Source: Heterodontus francisci | Taxonomy: Eukaryota | DNA: 61,354 nucleotides | Direction of reading: 5' to 3' | Assembly (NCBI RefSeq): GCF_036365525.1 | Contig: NC_090416.1 | Coordinates: forward strand, 14,421,591 to 14,482,944 | Part shown: piece after piece, positions 49,161 through 60,575 of the stretch | Layout: each line of letters opens with the position of its first letter | Position numbering within the stretch: the first letter of the stretch is position 1 | Made by a program: the position numbers and the translations under genes | Notes under the pieces: generated by a model | What the model was told of the DNA's origin: nothing | Seen by the model: only the letters and a program-made list of their open reading frames with translations | The model's database searches: none

Positions 49161-51604
49161 GTGGGAGCAGCGGCTGTGATTTATTATTGACTGGGTGTTC
49201 CTGTTCAAGTCAATGGGAAAAAAATCGCCTGCACTTTTTTCCAATAGAAGGGCGAAAGACGGCACCTGCGACAGTGCTGCGCTCCCTCAGTACCGTCAGT
49301 GGGCGTATCAGCCTCCAGTCTCTGGAGTGGGACTCCAACCCACGACCTTTCTGACTCAGAGGTGAGAGCCACCCACTGAGCATAAAAGGAGGGAAGGAAA
49401 CAGCAGGGCATAGAAAGAGAGAAAAAAAAGGGGTGGGGGGCCTAAGGGGACTAAAAGGAGGGAATATTTTAGCCAAAATGTTAGCTGAGGTGGACTATCC
49501 GGGGAGGAGAACAAATAACTTATTTATTTTCCCCGTTCTGCTCCGAAAGCACTGATACATACTCCGCGTCCCAATTGAAGCTCCTCCGCTGTTATAATGG
49601 AACTTTTTCTACGTTACAACAACAACTTGCATTTATGTAGCAGCTTAAACAACATTCCCAAGGCACTTCACAGCAGCGTTAGCAGGGAAATATTGGCCCC
49701 GAGCCACACGAAGAGATATTAAGGGGACAGGTGACCGAAAGCTCGGTCAAAGAGGTCGGTTTTAAGGAGCTTCTTAAAGGAGGAGAGAGAGAGAGAGAGA
49801 GAGGCGGAGGGGTTTAGGGAGGGAATTCAAGAGCTTAGGGCCCCCAGGCAGCTCGGAGGATTGTAGGGCTGGAGGAAGGTTACAGAGATGGGCGGCTGTA
49901 ACGCTTTGTGTTGACCTGAAAATCGCTGGATAACTGCAAGTCTTTTCTTCATTCAATAGCTATCTGGGCCTCTTGCTAGAAATTTTAATTTGCAGGTTTT
50001 GAGGGGTGGAGAGCCAATGGAGGTCAGTGAGCTAAGGGGGTGATGGGTGAACAGGACTCGGTGCGAGTTAGGATATGGGCAGCAGATTTTTCGGATGAGC
50101 TGAAGTTTATGGAGGGTGAAAGATGGGAGGCCGACCAGGAGAGTGTTGGAATAGACTTGCGTCTGGAGTTGACAAAAGCACAGACTGATTCATATCATTT
50201 ACGACATGAAAGGAGGCCATTTGGCCCATTGAGTCAATGTTGGAAGAAATGGCGCCTTTCAAATGGAACCTTGCTGCACACAGTTTCAGACACTGGCTGG
50301 GGGCAGGATTGGGTACAAAGTCAACTGACACACCTGCCTTTCCAAATATCTAACCAATAAGATATTTATCATCTCCCTTTATGCCTCTTCTCTGCATTTC
50401 AAAATTACATAGTATTCACAGCACAGGAACAGGCTATTCGGCCCAAAAGGTCCATACTGACATTATCCTGCTTAGTCTAACTCCATCAACATACCCTTTT
50501 ATTCCTTTCTCCCACATGTGTTTCCCTGTAAATGCATCTCTGCTATTCCCCTCAACCACTCCCTGTGGTAGCGAGTTCCACATTCTCATCACACTCTGGG
50601 GAAAGAAGTTTCTCCTGAACTCCTGATTGGATTTATTAGTGACTGTCTTATATTGATGGCCCCCCTAGTTCTGGTCTCCCCCCCCCCCCACCCCCACAAG
50701 TGGAAACATCTTCTCTATGTCTACCCCATCGAAACCTTTTCATTGTTTTAAAAACCTCAATTAAGTCATCCCTTTTTAATATAAAGATTCTGCAATGCTG
50801 TTGAAGGCAAACTGCATACTCTAGAAGGAAGGATGAATAATGCAGACATTTGCTAAGGTGGCGGCTCGCACCACTCTCAACCTTCCTGCTGCAAATCAAT
50901 ATCTGGCCTCAGGCCTTCTCATTTTCAGAGTTTCCCCAGGGCTCAGACACCCATTACCAAGAGCAGCTGCGGACATTCATTTTGCTGTACTGCTTGATGT
51001 GTTTGAGCCTGGCTGCACATTGCCCTCTTGCTATGCACAGTGGAATGTCGGATGGCATTGGTAACCCTAGGTCAGCACTGACGGGGACAGGTACCTGCTT
51101 TGATGTCCAGTCGAATAGCTTGTGGCCCCCCCCCCCACCCCCAGTCGAATAGCTTGCCAGCTGTCGGGGCTCAAATGGTCACTTGGTTAATGGGCATGCA
51201 GTACCTGCAAAGCTTGGTCTTTGGTAGTGCTCTGAATCAGAGAAGTTGTGGCCCAATCCCACATGTAAACCCCATCATCTAGGCAGATATGGCAGTACAA
51301 CACTGAGGGTGTACTGCATTGTCAGAGGTGCCGTCTGTTGCATAAGATGTTGAACTGAGACTGCGTCTATCTGTTCAGCTGGAGATTGAGAAACCAGGCA
51401 GCACTATTAGACCGGGAGGAGAGAGATGTTGGCCATCATTTTGTCCCTCACCCAACATCTCCAAAACAGAGTAACTGGCCATTCATCCCAGGTCCCCTGA
51501 CCTTTCTTCCAGAATGTTTCCGGGTGTTCCCTGGCTGTGGGAGCTTTCTCCCCTCTGCCAGATTTTCCACAGCTTCCCTTCCCCTCTGCTATTCTGCTTC
51601 AACC

Positions 51605-54040
51605 ATCTGCGCCTGGTCAGTGGGTAGCACTCCCCCCTCTGAGTCAGAAGGTTGTGGGTTTAAGCCCCACTCCAAGACTTGAGCACAAGAATGAAGGCTG
51701 GTGCTCCAGTTACAGTACTGAGGGAATGCTGCACTGTCGGAGGTGCCATTTTTCAGATGCGACATTAAACTGAGGCCCCGTCTGCCCACTCAGGGGGACT
51801 TAAAATATGCCAAAGCCACTTACTGGCAGAAGAGCAGGCGGGGAGGGAATTCTCCCTAGTGTCCTGGCCAATATTTACCCCTCAATCAACATCACTAAAC
51901 TTATCACAAAACGAGTCAAAAAGAAAAAGGAAGCATTCGTAAGGGCTGGAAGGCTAGGAACAGACGAATCCCTTGAGGAACATAAAGACAGTAGGAAGGA
52001 ACTTAAGCAAGGAGTCAGGAGGGCTAAAAGGGGTCATGAAAAGTCATTGGCAAAGGATAAGGATAATCCCAAGGCTTTTTATATGTATATAAAGAGCAAG
52101 AGGGTAACCAGGAAAAGGGTTGGCCCGCTCAAGGACAGAGAAGGGAATCTATGTGTGGAGCCAGACGAAATGGGCGAGGTACTAAATGAGGTACTTTGCA
52201 TCAGTATTCACCAAAGAGAAGGACTTGGTGGATGATGAGCCTAGGGGAGGGAGTGTAGATAGTCTCAGTCATCTCATTATCAAAAAGGAGGAGGTGTTGG
52301 GTGTCTTGCAAAGCATTAAGGTAGATAAGTCCCCAGGGCCTGATAGGATCTACCCCAGAATACTAAGGGAGGCAAGGGAAGAAATTGCTGGGGCCCTGAC
52401 AGAAATCTTTGCATCCTCGTTAGCTACAGGTGAGGTCCCAGAGGACTGGAGAATAGCCAATGTTGTTCCTTTGTTTAAGAAGGGTGGCAAGGATAATCCA
52501 GGAAATTATAGGCCAGTGAGCCTTACATCAGTGGTAGGGAAATTATTACAGAGGATTTTTCGGGACAGGATTTACTCCCATTTGGAAACAAACAAACTTA
52601 TTAGCGAGAGGCAGCATGGTTTTGTGAAGGGGAGGTCGTGTCTCAATAATTTGATTGAGTTTTTTGAGGAAGTGACGAAGATGATTGATGAAGGAAGGGC
52701 AGTGGCTGTTATCTATATGGACTTTAGTAAAGCCTTTGACAAGGTCCCTCATGGCAGACTGGTACAAAAGGTGCACACGGGAGCAGAGGGGAGCTGGCAA
52801 GATGGATACAGAACTGGCTCTGTCATAGAAGACAGAGGGTATCAGTGGAAGGGTGCTTTTCTGAATGGAGGGATGTGACTAGTGGTGTTCCGCAGGGATC
52901 AGTGCTGGGACCTTTGCTGTTTGTAGTATATATAAATGATTTGGAGGAAAATGTAGCTAGTCTGATTAGTAAGTTTGCCGACACAAAGGTTGGTGGAGTT
53001 GCAAATAGTGATGAGGATTGTCAGAGGATACAGCAGGATATAGATCGGTTGGAGACTTGGGCGGAGAAATGGCAGATGGAGTTTAATCCGGACAAATGTG
53101 AGGTAATGTATTTTGGAAGATCTAATGCAGGTGGGAAGTATACAGTAAATGGCAGAACCCTTAGGAGTATTGACAAGCAGAGAGATCTGGGGGTACAGGT
53201 CCACAGGTCACTGAAAGAGGCAACGCAGGTGGATAAGGTAGTCAAGAAGGCTTACGGCATGCTTGCCTGCATCAGTTGGGGCAGAGAGTATAAAAATTGG
53301 CAAGTCATGCTGCAGCTGTACAGAACTTTAGATAGGCCACACATAGAATATTGCGTGCAATTCTGGTCGCCACACTACCAGAAGGACGTGGAGGCTTTGG
53401 AGAAGGTACAGAAGAGGTTTACCAGGGTGTTGCCTGGTCTGGAGGGCATTAGCTATGAGGAGAAGTTGGATAAACTCAGATTGTTTTCACTGGAACGACG
53501 GAGGTGGAGGGGCGACATGACAGAGGTTTACAAAGTTATGAGCGGCATGGACAGAGTGGATAGTCAGAAGCTTTTTCCCAACGTGGAAGAGTCAGTTACT
53601 AGGGGACATAGGTTTAAGGTGAGAGGGGCAAGGTTTAGAGGGGATGTGCGAGGCAAGTTCTTTACACAGAGGGTGGTGAGTGCCTGGAACTTGCTGCCGG
53701 GGGAGGTGGTGGAAGCAGGTACCATAGAGACGTTTAAGAGGCATCTTGACAAATACATGAATAGGAAGGGAATGGAGGGACACGGTCCCCGGAAGTGCAG
53801 AAGGTTTTAGTTTAGGCAGGCATCAAGATCGGCGCAGGCTTGGAGGGCCGAATGGCCTGTTCCTGTGCTGTACTGTTCTTTGCTCTTTGTTCTTTATCAT
53901 CTGGTCATTATGCTGTTTGTGGGGTCTTGCTGTGCGGCAATTGGCCACCAGGTTTCCTGCATTAAAAGGTACTTCATTGACGGTAAAGCACTTCAGGACA
54001 TCCAGAGATCGTGAAAGGCACTACAGTAATGCAAGTCTTT
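51605..54040 (+). mobile_element. Deu-domain SINE split by a CR1 insertion
   Basis: Head and core at 51605-51906 resume at 53900 with CTGGTCATTAT..TGCTGTTTGTGGG. Confidence 0.8.
51907..53893 (+). mobile_element. Young 5'-truncated CR1-clade LINE (about 2 kb of ORF2, RT domain)
   Basis: ORFs 51807-52235, 52186-52878 and 52845-53810 (KSPGPD, NYRPVSLTS, QHGF, DFSKAFDKV, GVPQGSVLGP); two frameshifts; FADD reduced to FAD; (GTTCTTT)n tail; TSD TTATCA at 51901-51906 and 53894-53899. Confidence 0.95.
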
Positions 54041-54824
54041 GTTTGTTACCTCCTGACGGCTATTCCCGTGCTCTCCTGGCCGGCATTCTACCTCCCGCCC
54101 TCCGAGATCCAATTCCGGCATCTTGCGCATCCCCCGATTCCCATCGCTCCGCCACTGGCGGCCGTGCCTTCAGCTGCCTGGGGGCCCTAAGCTCTGGAAT
54201 TCCCTCCCTAAACCTCTCCGCCTCTCTCTCTCTCTCCTCCTTTAAGACGCTCCTTAAATCCGACCTGTTTGACCGAGCTTTTGGTCGCCCGTCCCCTAAT
54301 ATCTCCTTACGTGGCTCGGCGTCAAATTTTATCCGGTGACTCTCCTGTGAAGCGGCTTGGGACATTTGGCTGTGTTGAAGGTGCTATATAAATGCAAGTT
54401 GTTGTTGCTGAAGGGGAGCTGTGTTTGCTTTGGGGTTTTAAGGACATACTGAGGTCAGTTGGATGCCAATCAGTTAATCTGTTTTTCTTTTTCTGATTTA
54501 AAGATTGCCTTTGCAGCTTTAACAGCTGGAGAATGAAGTTAGCACAGGCCTGAAGGGGCTGAATGGCCTCTTGCTGTTCTAAATCATGGAAATGATTTCA
54601 GTTGGCCATTCGAGAGCGGATTGAATTCCCAGATATTTCACAGTCTGCAAGAAAAAAAAAAGCCAGTCCACTTTTCAAGGTAAAGTTCTCAATAATAAGT
54701 ATCTGCAGCAAAAGTAACATTTGTGCAATAATAGATGTCAACAAAACAAAATCACAGTCCTAATGGGCTGAGAACATCGGGCTTGTTAACCTTTGTATAA
54801 AGTACTGCCGTGTGTTGCAGCATC

Positions 54825-54896
54825 GCGATGGTGGTATAGTGGTGAGCATAGCTGCCTTCCAAGCAGTTGACCCGGGTTCGATTCCCGGCCATCGCA
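54825..54896 (+). tRNA. tRNA-Gly (anticodon TCC)
   Basis: GCGATGGTGGTATAGTGGTGAGCATAGCTGCCTTCCAAGCAGTTGACCCGGGTTCGATTCCCGGCCATCGCA: 72 nt, intact cloverleaf and A/B boxes; T-runs at 54902-54905 and 54909-54915; TATAA about 29 nt upstream. Confidence 0.97.
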
Positions 54897-55044
54897 GTAA
54901 CTTTTCCATTTTTTTCCCTCCTCCAAATTGCAAGACTGAACTTTTACAAATGTCTTCTAAAATTATAACAATTTGATTACAAACTGAATTCAATGTTCCC
55001 CTCCCCTCGAATTAGCTTCATTTATTGCATTATCAGTAAATTAT

Positions 55045-55285
55045 CTGCGGGCGCTTTGGAGTGACAGCGGCCTCGGCCAATCGGCGCGGGTGTCTGGAGT
55101 GATTGACAAGGGTGGTGAGAGGGGGGGTGGAGAAGGGCAGGTGAAGGCCGCATCAGATGACCAATCGCTGATCTCCGTCGCCGCAGGGAGGTGGACGGGC
55201 TTCACCAATCGCTGGACTGGGTAGGCGGGAGTAAACTGCGGCTCTGGAGTTTGCGCAGAAGGCGGCGGGCGGACGGTTTCCGGCA
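55045..55285. promoter_or_regulatory. CpG-rich promoter-like island
   Basis: CCAAT at 55077, 55161 and 55205; GC boxes at 55224-55229 and 55267-55272; ETS-type TTCCGG at 55278-55283; high CpG density in a CpG-poor background. Confidence 0.65.
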
Positions 55286-55752
55286 GTGTTTCAATTTTGC
55301 AAGTTTTAAAACCCTGACCATTCATTTATTCCTTTTTAATGCAAACGACTCAGCATCTTTCAAGATTGTTACAGCTGAGAAAACAACTTTTCAAGGGAGA
55401 AATAGAAAATGAACGATTGAAACAAGATTGGAAGAATCTATTTTTACCTAATTTTTCTCTTGGGCTCAAGACATTGACTGGGGCAGTCCTGCCTTCGCCC
55501 TATTCGTAATTTTGTATATTCGAAAGAGACTCTTGTATCGCAGACTAATGCAGCACAGAAGGGGGCCATTCGGCCCATCGTGCCTATGCTAGCTCTTTGA
55601 AAAGAGCTATCCAATTAGTCCCAGTCCCTCCCTCTTTTCCCCATAGCCTTGCAAATGTTTCCCTTTCAAGTATTTATCCAATTCCCCTTTTGAAAGTTAC
55701 TATTTGAATCTGCTTCCACCGCCCTTTCAGGCAGCACCTTCCAGATCACAAC

Positions 55753-56075
55753 CAAAGGCCTGCTACCCGAACCCGACGGGACCCAACGACGTGTTGGGTT
55801 CGGGTCACACTTACGGGTCCGGCATTCGGGCTCAGGTCAGGCTGCATCGGACACACTCTGTCACCACCTCAGGTAAGTGACTCTAATGTTAATTTACTTT
55901 TTGGACTTTAAAGGTGGTTTTGCTACAGTTATTTTAAGCTTGTGCGGGTAAGGAACAAAGTGAAAAACGGAAGGGAGGTTAACTGATGGTAGGGTCGTAT
56001 CAGGCGCGGGAAAAAAATGGAAGGACTCAGGCCGGATGGGGTTCTGTCGTAATTGCAGACCCAAGCAGGCCTTTA
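55753..56075. mobile_element. Second hAT-type MITE nested in a minus-strand CR1 3' end
   Basis: TIRs CAAAGGCCTGCT / AGCAGGCCTTTA; exact 8-bp TSD ATCACAAC (55745-55752, 56076-56083). Confidence 0.85.
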
Positions 56076-56494
56076 ATCACAACCACCTCTGTAAAAAAAA
56101 ACTTTCATCTCCCCCTCTGGTTCTTTTGCCCATTATCTTCAATCTGTGTCCCTCTGGTTACTGACCCTCCTGCCAGTGGAAACAGTTTCTCTTTATTTAC
56201 TCCATCAAATCCCTTCCTGATTTTGAACGCCCCGATTAAATCTCCCCCTTAATCTTCTCTGCTCTAAAGGAGAACAATCCCAGCTTCTCCAGTCTCCACA
56301 TTATCTCAGGTTATCAGAGGTTCTGAAACCCGAATCATTAACTCGGTTTTACCTCTCTCCATTGACACTGCCTGACCTGCTGAGCACTGCCAGCGTTTTC
56401 TGCTTTCATTTCAAATTTCCAGCAGCTTTTGTACTGCTCACTCTCAAGGTCATGTTTCAAAGACGATTCCAAAGCAATTTCATTTTTAGGTCAT

Positions 56495-56500
56495 TTTATT
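56495..56500 (-). terminator. SSR2: Candidate SSR2 polyadenylation signal
   Basis: TTTATT on + (AATAAA on -), about 1.2 kb downstream of the SSR2 stop. Confidence 0.5.
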
Positions 56501-57116
56501 AAAAAAAAAACCTTTCTCCCAAGTGCACAATAAATGTACATATAACCCAGTTGTACTAATGGGGCACAATGGTTTAAAAATTAAGTCCTGGAAAAAGCAT
56601 CTGAGCTCCACAGCAAAATACCGGGCTAGAGAAAAAAAAATTTAAAGAATCGCCCTCCAGCATCTGCCCCTGGAAGGGGTCAAGCATTTTGTAGTCACCC
56701 CCTCTGCTGCTTAAGAAAATCCTTGGTGCCCACCTTTACAGAGGAAAGGATCCCACAGTCTCATGGGTTTAAAACCGAAAGGCGAACACACCATGGGCAG
56801 TCCAAGAGAAATGTGGGGGTAAAAGCGACTGACTGGCGTGGCCACTAGGCGACTCCATCACGGAATGAAGAAGCAACTCCTCCCTAAAAAAGAGACAGGA
56901 AGATGGGAAAAGGATGAGGAGGGGCACCACAGGTCAGTCAGCGTGTAAGTCAGGTCAACGTTTTTGTGGGACTCACCCTTCTCTCTGCAAAGGACTACAA
57001 ATGGCAGTAACAGACAAATAATGCTGGAAATATACAGCACGACTGTTAGTGTACGGGTGTGAGGAGAAGGCTTAGGTTAACGTTACAGGTGTAGAACTGG
57101 TCAGTCATTTTTTTTT

Positions 57117-57174
57117 GGACCAGAGTAGTAGAGGGAAGTCAATGGGTCACGATGTCAAAGGCGCCCCAGTCTAA
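57117..57174 (-). pseudogene. Decayed duplicate of the SSR2 terminal exon
   Basis: TTA GAC TGG GGC GCC TTT GAC ATC GTG ACC C[8-nt gap]ATT GAC TTC CCT CTA CTA CTC TGG aligns to [21 protein letters not shown]; acceptor AG lost. Confidence 0.8.
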
Positions 57175-57720
57175 CAAGATAATTTTTACTAAAAAAACAA
57201 AAGTCACATTTAAAATCATAGAATTTACAGCAAAGGTGGTTGGAGCAGTGGAGTATCTTCGCAATGATGGCTGCAGAACAGAACTGGGAAGCAAAACTAA
57301 AGGCACCACAGCACCACTGCTGGCAGGAGGATTAATTACAGCATGACTCGTTTACATTGGAAAATTCCCATTTATAGATGCTGGCCGGATCTGCTGTGCA
57401 TTTTCTCTCCGATTCAGATTCCCAGTTTTTTTTAAACATAACGGGAAAATACATTTGATGAACATTCTCCTTAAAATGGAGTACAGGCAGACCGATATCA
57501 TTACTGTAAAAGGGTTGGAGGTTAGAGGATGAGGTCAGTCAGACTCACACAATTGGGGAAGCAAACTTAAATCCTCACCGGCCTCCTTCTATAGACTAGA
57601 TTTTTTTTTTTTTTAAATAGTTTTTAAACAAGCCCAGAGGCCAGATGTTTGGTGGATTGAAATCATGGCCGCCCCAGCGTACAAGAGGGAAATGAGCATC
57701 TTCGATGACTGTGTTAAAGC

Positions 57721-57831
57721 TCAGTTCTTCTTTGATTTGGCCGTGTCGTATTTCCTCTTGCTCGAGTACCACAGCAGCAGGGGGATGCCAATGGAAGGCA
57801 GGGTCATGACGCCAAAGGCTGCCCAGTCCAA
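57721..57831 (-). CDS. SSR2: Signal sequence receptor subunit beta (TRAP-beta), last coding exon (not in the ORF track)
   Basis: [36 protein letters not shown]; cccctcag acceptor. Confidence 0.96.
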   Translation of the reverse strand: MDWAAFGVMTLPSIGIPLLLWYSSKRKYDTAKSKKN

Positions 57832-58359
57832 CTGAGGGGAATTTTTAAACAGAAGAAAAGTCACACTTAAATTACAGAATCGTACATCAAAACCCAGAAA
57901 ATCTTGGAAAGCAGAGAAGTAAAGCTGGTTGGAGCAGTGGAATAATGATACAGATGCTAGGACACAGATTTTAGAACCATAGGCGAGCTAAGGGCAACAG
58001 GCAGGAGAGCGGCGTTGAGGCCAAAGTCAGATCAGCCATGATCGTATTGAATGGCGGAGCAGGCTTGAGGGGCCGAATGGCCTACTCCTGCTCCTAATTC
58101 TTTTCTTTGGTAAAACTAAAGGCACTACAGCACCACCAATGGTGGGAGGATGTAATTACATCGTGACAAGTTTACATGGACAATTTCCATTATGAATGTG
58201 GGCACATGAATTTGAGTGCATGCGGATGCAAGATTTTTAAAACATTAATAGATATTCATTCGTACCAATACATCATAGAGACAGCACGAACGCTGAATTA
58301 TTTTTGCAATAATTTCAATCTTAATTGCACATCTTATCCCGCCCTAATCCATGCCTTTG

Positions 58360-59470
58360 TTAGAATCATTGGATGTCTACAGTACCAGAGGGCATTCAGC
58401 CCCTCGTGTCCATGCTGGCTCTCTGCAAGGCCAAGTCATCGAGTTCCACTCCCCTGTCTTTTCCCCATAGCTCTGCAAATTTTCTCTCTTCAGGTAATTA
58501 TCCAGTTCTCTTTTGAAAGCCACGATTGAATCTGCCTCCACCACTCTCTCTCGGGCAGTGCGTTCCAGATCCTAACTGCTCGCTGCGGAAAAGAGGTTTT
58601 TCCTTGTGTCGCTGTTGCTTCTTTTGCCAATCCCGTTAAAATTGGTGCCCTTTGGTTCTGGATCCTTTGGCCAATGAGAACCGTTTCCCCCTATCTACTC
58701 TGTCCAGACCCCCTCATGATTTTGAACACCTCTATCAAATCTCCTCTTGATCTTCTCTTCTCCAACCTATCCACATAACAACTTCTTAATCCCTGGAACT
58801 ATTCTCGTGAGTGTTTTCTGTACCCTCTAATGTCTTAACATCCGTCCTAAAGTGTGGCGCCCAGAACTGGACTCCAGCTGAGGCGAACCAGTGTTTTATA
58901 CAGGTTTATCATAACTTACTTGTTCTTGTACTCTGTGCCCCTATTTGTAAATCCCAGGATCCCGTATACTTTGTTCACCGCTTTCTCAGCCTGCCCTGCA
59001 ACCTTCAATGATTTGTGCACAGACACCCCCAGGGCCCTCTGCTCCTGCACCGCCTTTCGAATTGTACCCTTTAATTTATATTGCCTCTTCTCGTTCTTCC
59101 TATCAAAATGAATCACTTCACATTTTCCTGCATTAAACTTCATCTGCCACTTCTCCAACCATTCCAGCAGCCTATGTCCCCTTGAAGCTCATCACTATCC
59201 TCCTCAAGTTTTGTGTCATCTGCAAATTTTGAATTTGTGCCCTGAACACGCGTCATCAATGTATCAAGAAAGCAGAGGTCATAATACTGACCCCTGGGGA
59301 ACCTCACTATATTCCTTCCTCCCGTCTGATAAATAACCGTTCACCAATACTCTCTGTTTCCTGTCACTCAACCAGCTTCATATCCATGCTGCTACTGTCC
59401 CTTTTATTCCATGGGCTCTAACTTTGCTGACAAGCCTGTTATGTGGCACTTCATCAAATGCCTTTTGGAA
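58360..59470 (-). mobile_element. CR1 fragment in the last SSR2 intron
   Basis: Encodes EKWQMKFNAGKCEVIHF..KAVNKVYGILGF. Confidence 0.85.
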
Positions 59471-59874
59471 CGACAACTTACATTTATATAGCACCTTTAA
59501 CATAATTAAACATCCCAAGGTGCTTCACAGGAACATAAAACAAAATACAACACCGAGCCACACAAGGAGACTGTTGATAACTTTGGATAACTCCACATAA
59601 TCCTTAACATCCATCTGGACAGACCGAGGGATTTAACATTCCACCTGAAGGACCGCACCTCCGACAGGGTAGCATTCTCTCAGTACTGCACTGGGAGGGG
59701 CAGCCGAGATTATGGGCTGTAACCCTGGAGTGGGGCTCGAGCCCGCGACCTCCTGACTCAGACGAGAGAGAGAATACGACCCACCGAGCGCAACAAGGCT
59801 GCAGGGCGTCCGAGAAAAATTGAGATATTTAACTTGATTTGCCTCAAGGAGTCACAGAAAAGGCCGGTACTCAC

Positions 59875-59952
59875 ATAATGGGGCGAGAAGCGCCTATCGA
59901 ATTCCCTCTGGGCCAGGATTCCACCCTGCCCTGGAGCACTTGTGTAACCCAC
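59875..59952 (-). CDS. SSR2: SSR2 penultimate coding exon
   Basis: [26 protein letters not shown]; 78 nt, ctgcag acceptor, gtgagt donor, phase 0/0. Upstream exons lie beyond the window. Confidence 0.95.
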
Positions 59953-60094
59953 CTGCAGATAAAAGAGACACAAAGCTCATTGCAGGTAGTTAGCAGTCGC
60001 CCTCCTCCCTCCCCCAGCTCACAGCAACATGTTTAGAGTAAGCACGAGAGACTCGATGGTGCAGGGTACGGAACAGACTTCAGTCAGCCTAACT

Positions 60095-60575
60095 CAGAAT
60101 CACAGAATTGCTACAGCACAGAAGGCGACCCTTCGGCCCGTCCTGTCTGCACTGGCTCTGTGAAGGAGTCATTTGCCTAGTGCCACTCCCCCCCACCCCC
60201 TCCCCGTAGCCCTGCACATTCTTCCTTTTCAGAGAACAATCCAATTCCCTCTTGAATGCTTCCATTAAACCTGCCTCCACTACACTCCCAGGCAGTGCAT
60301 TCCAAATCCTAACTCGCTGCGTGAAAATTTCTTTCTCATGTCATCGGTGTTTCTTTTGCCAATTACTTAAACCTGTGCCCTCTTCTTCGCAATCCTTTCA
60401 CCACGGGGGAACAGCTTCCCCACCCCACCCCGCCCCATCTACCCTGTCCAGACCCCTCAAGATTTTGAATCAAATCTCCTCTCAACCATCTCCAAGTCCC
60501 AACTTCTCCAATCTATCCACGTAACTGAAGTTCCCTGGAATCGTTCTCATGATTCTTTTCTGCACCCTCTCTAAT
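60095..60575 (-). mobile_element. CR1 3' fragment
   Basis: EAGLMEAFKRELDCSLKRKNVQGYG and a GATGGGCCGAA-type tail. Confidence 0.75.
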
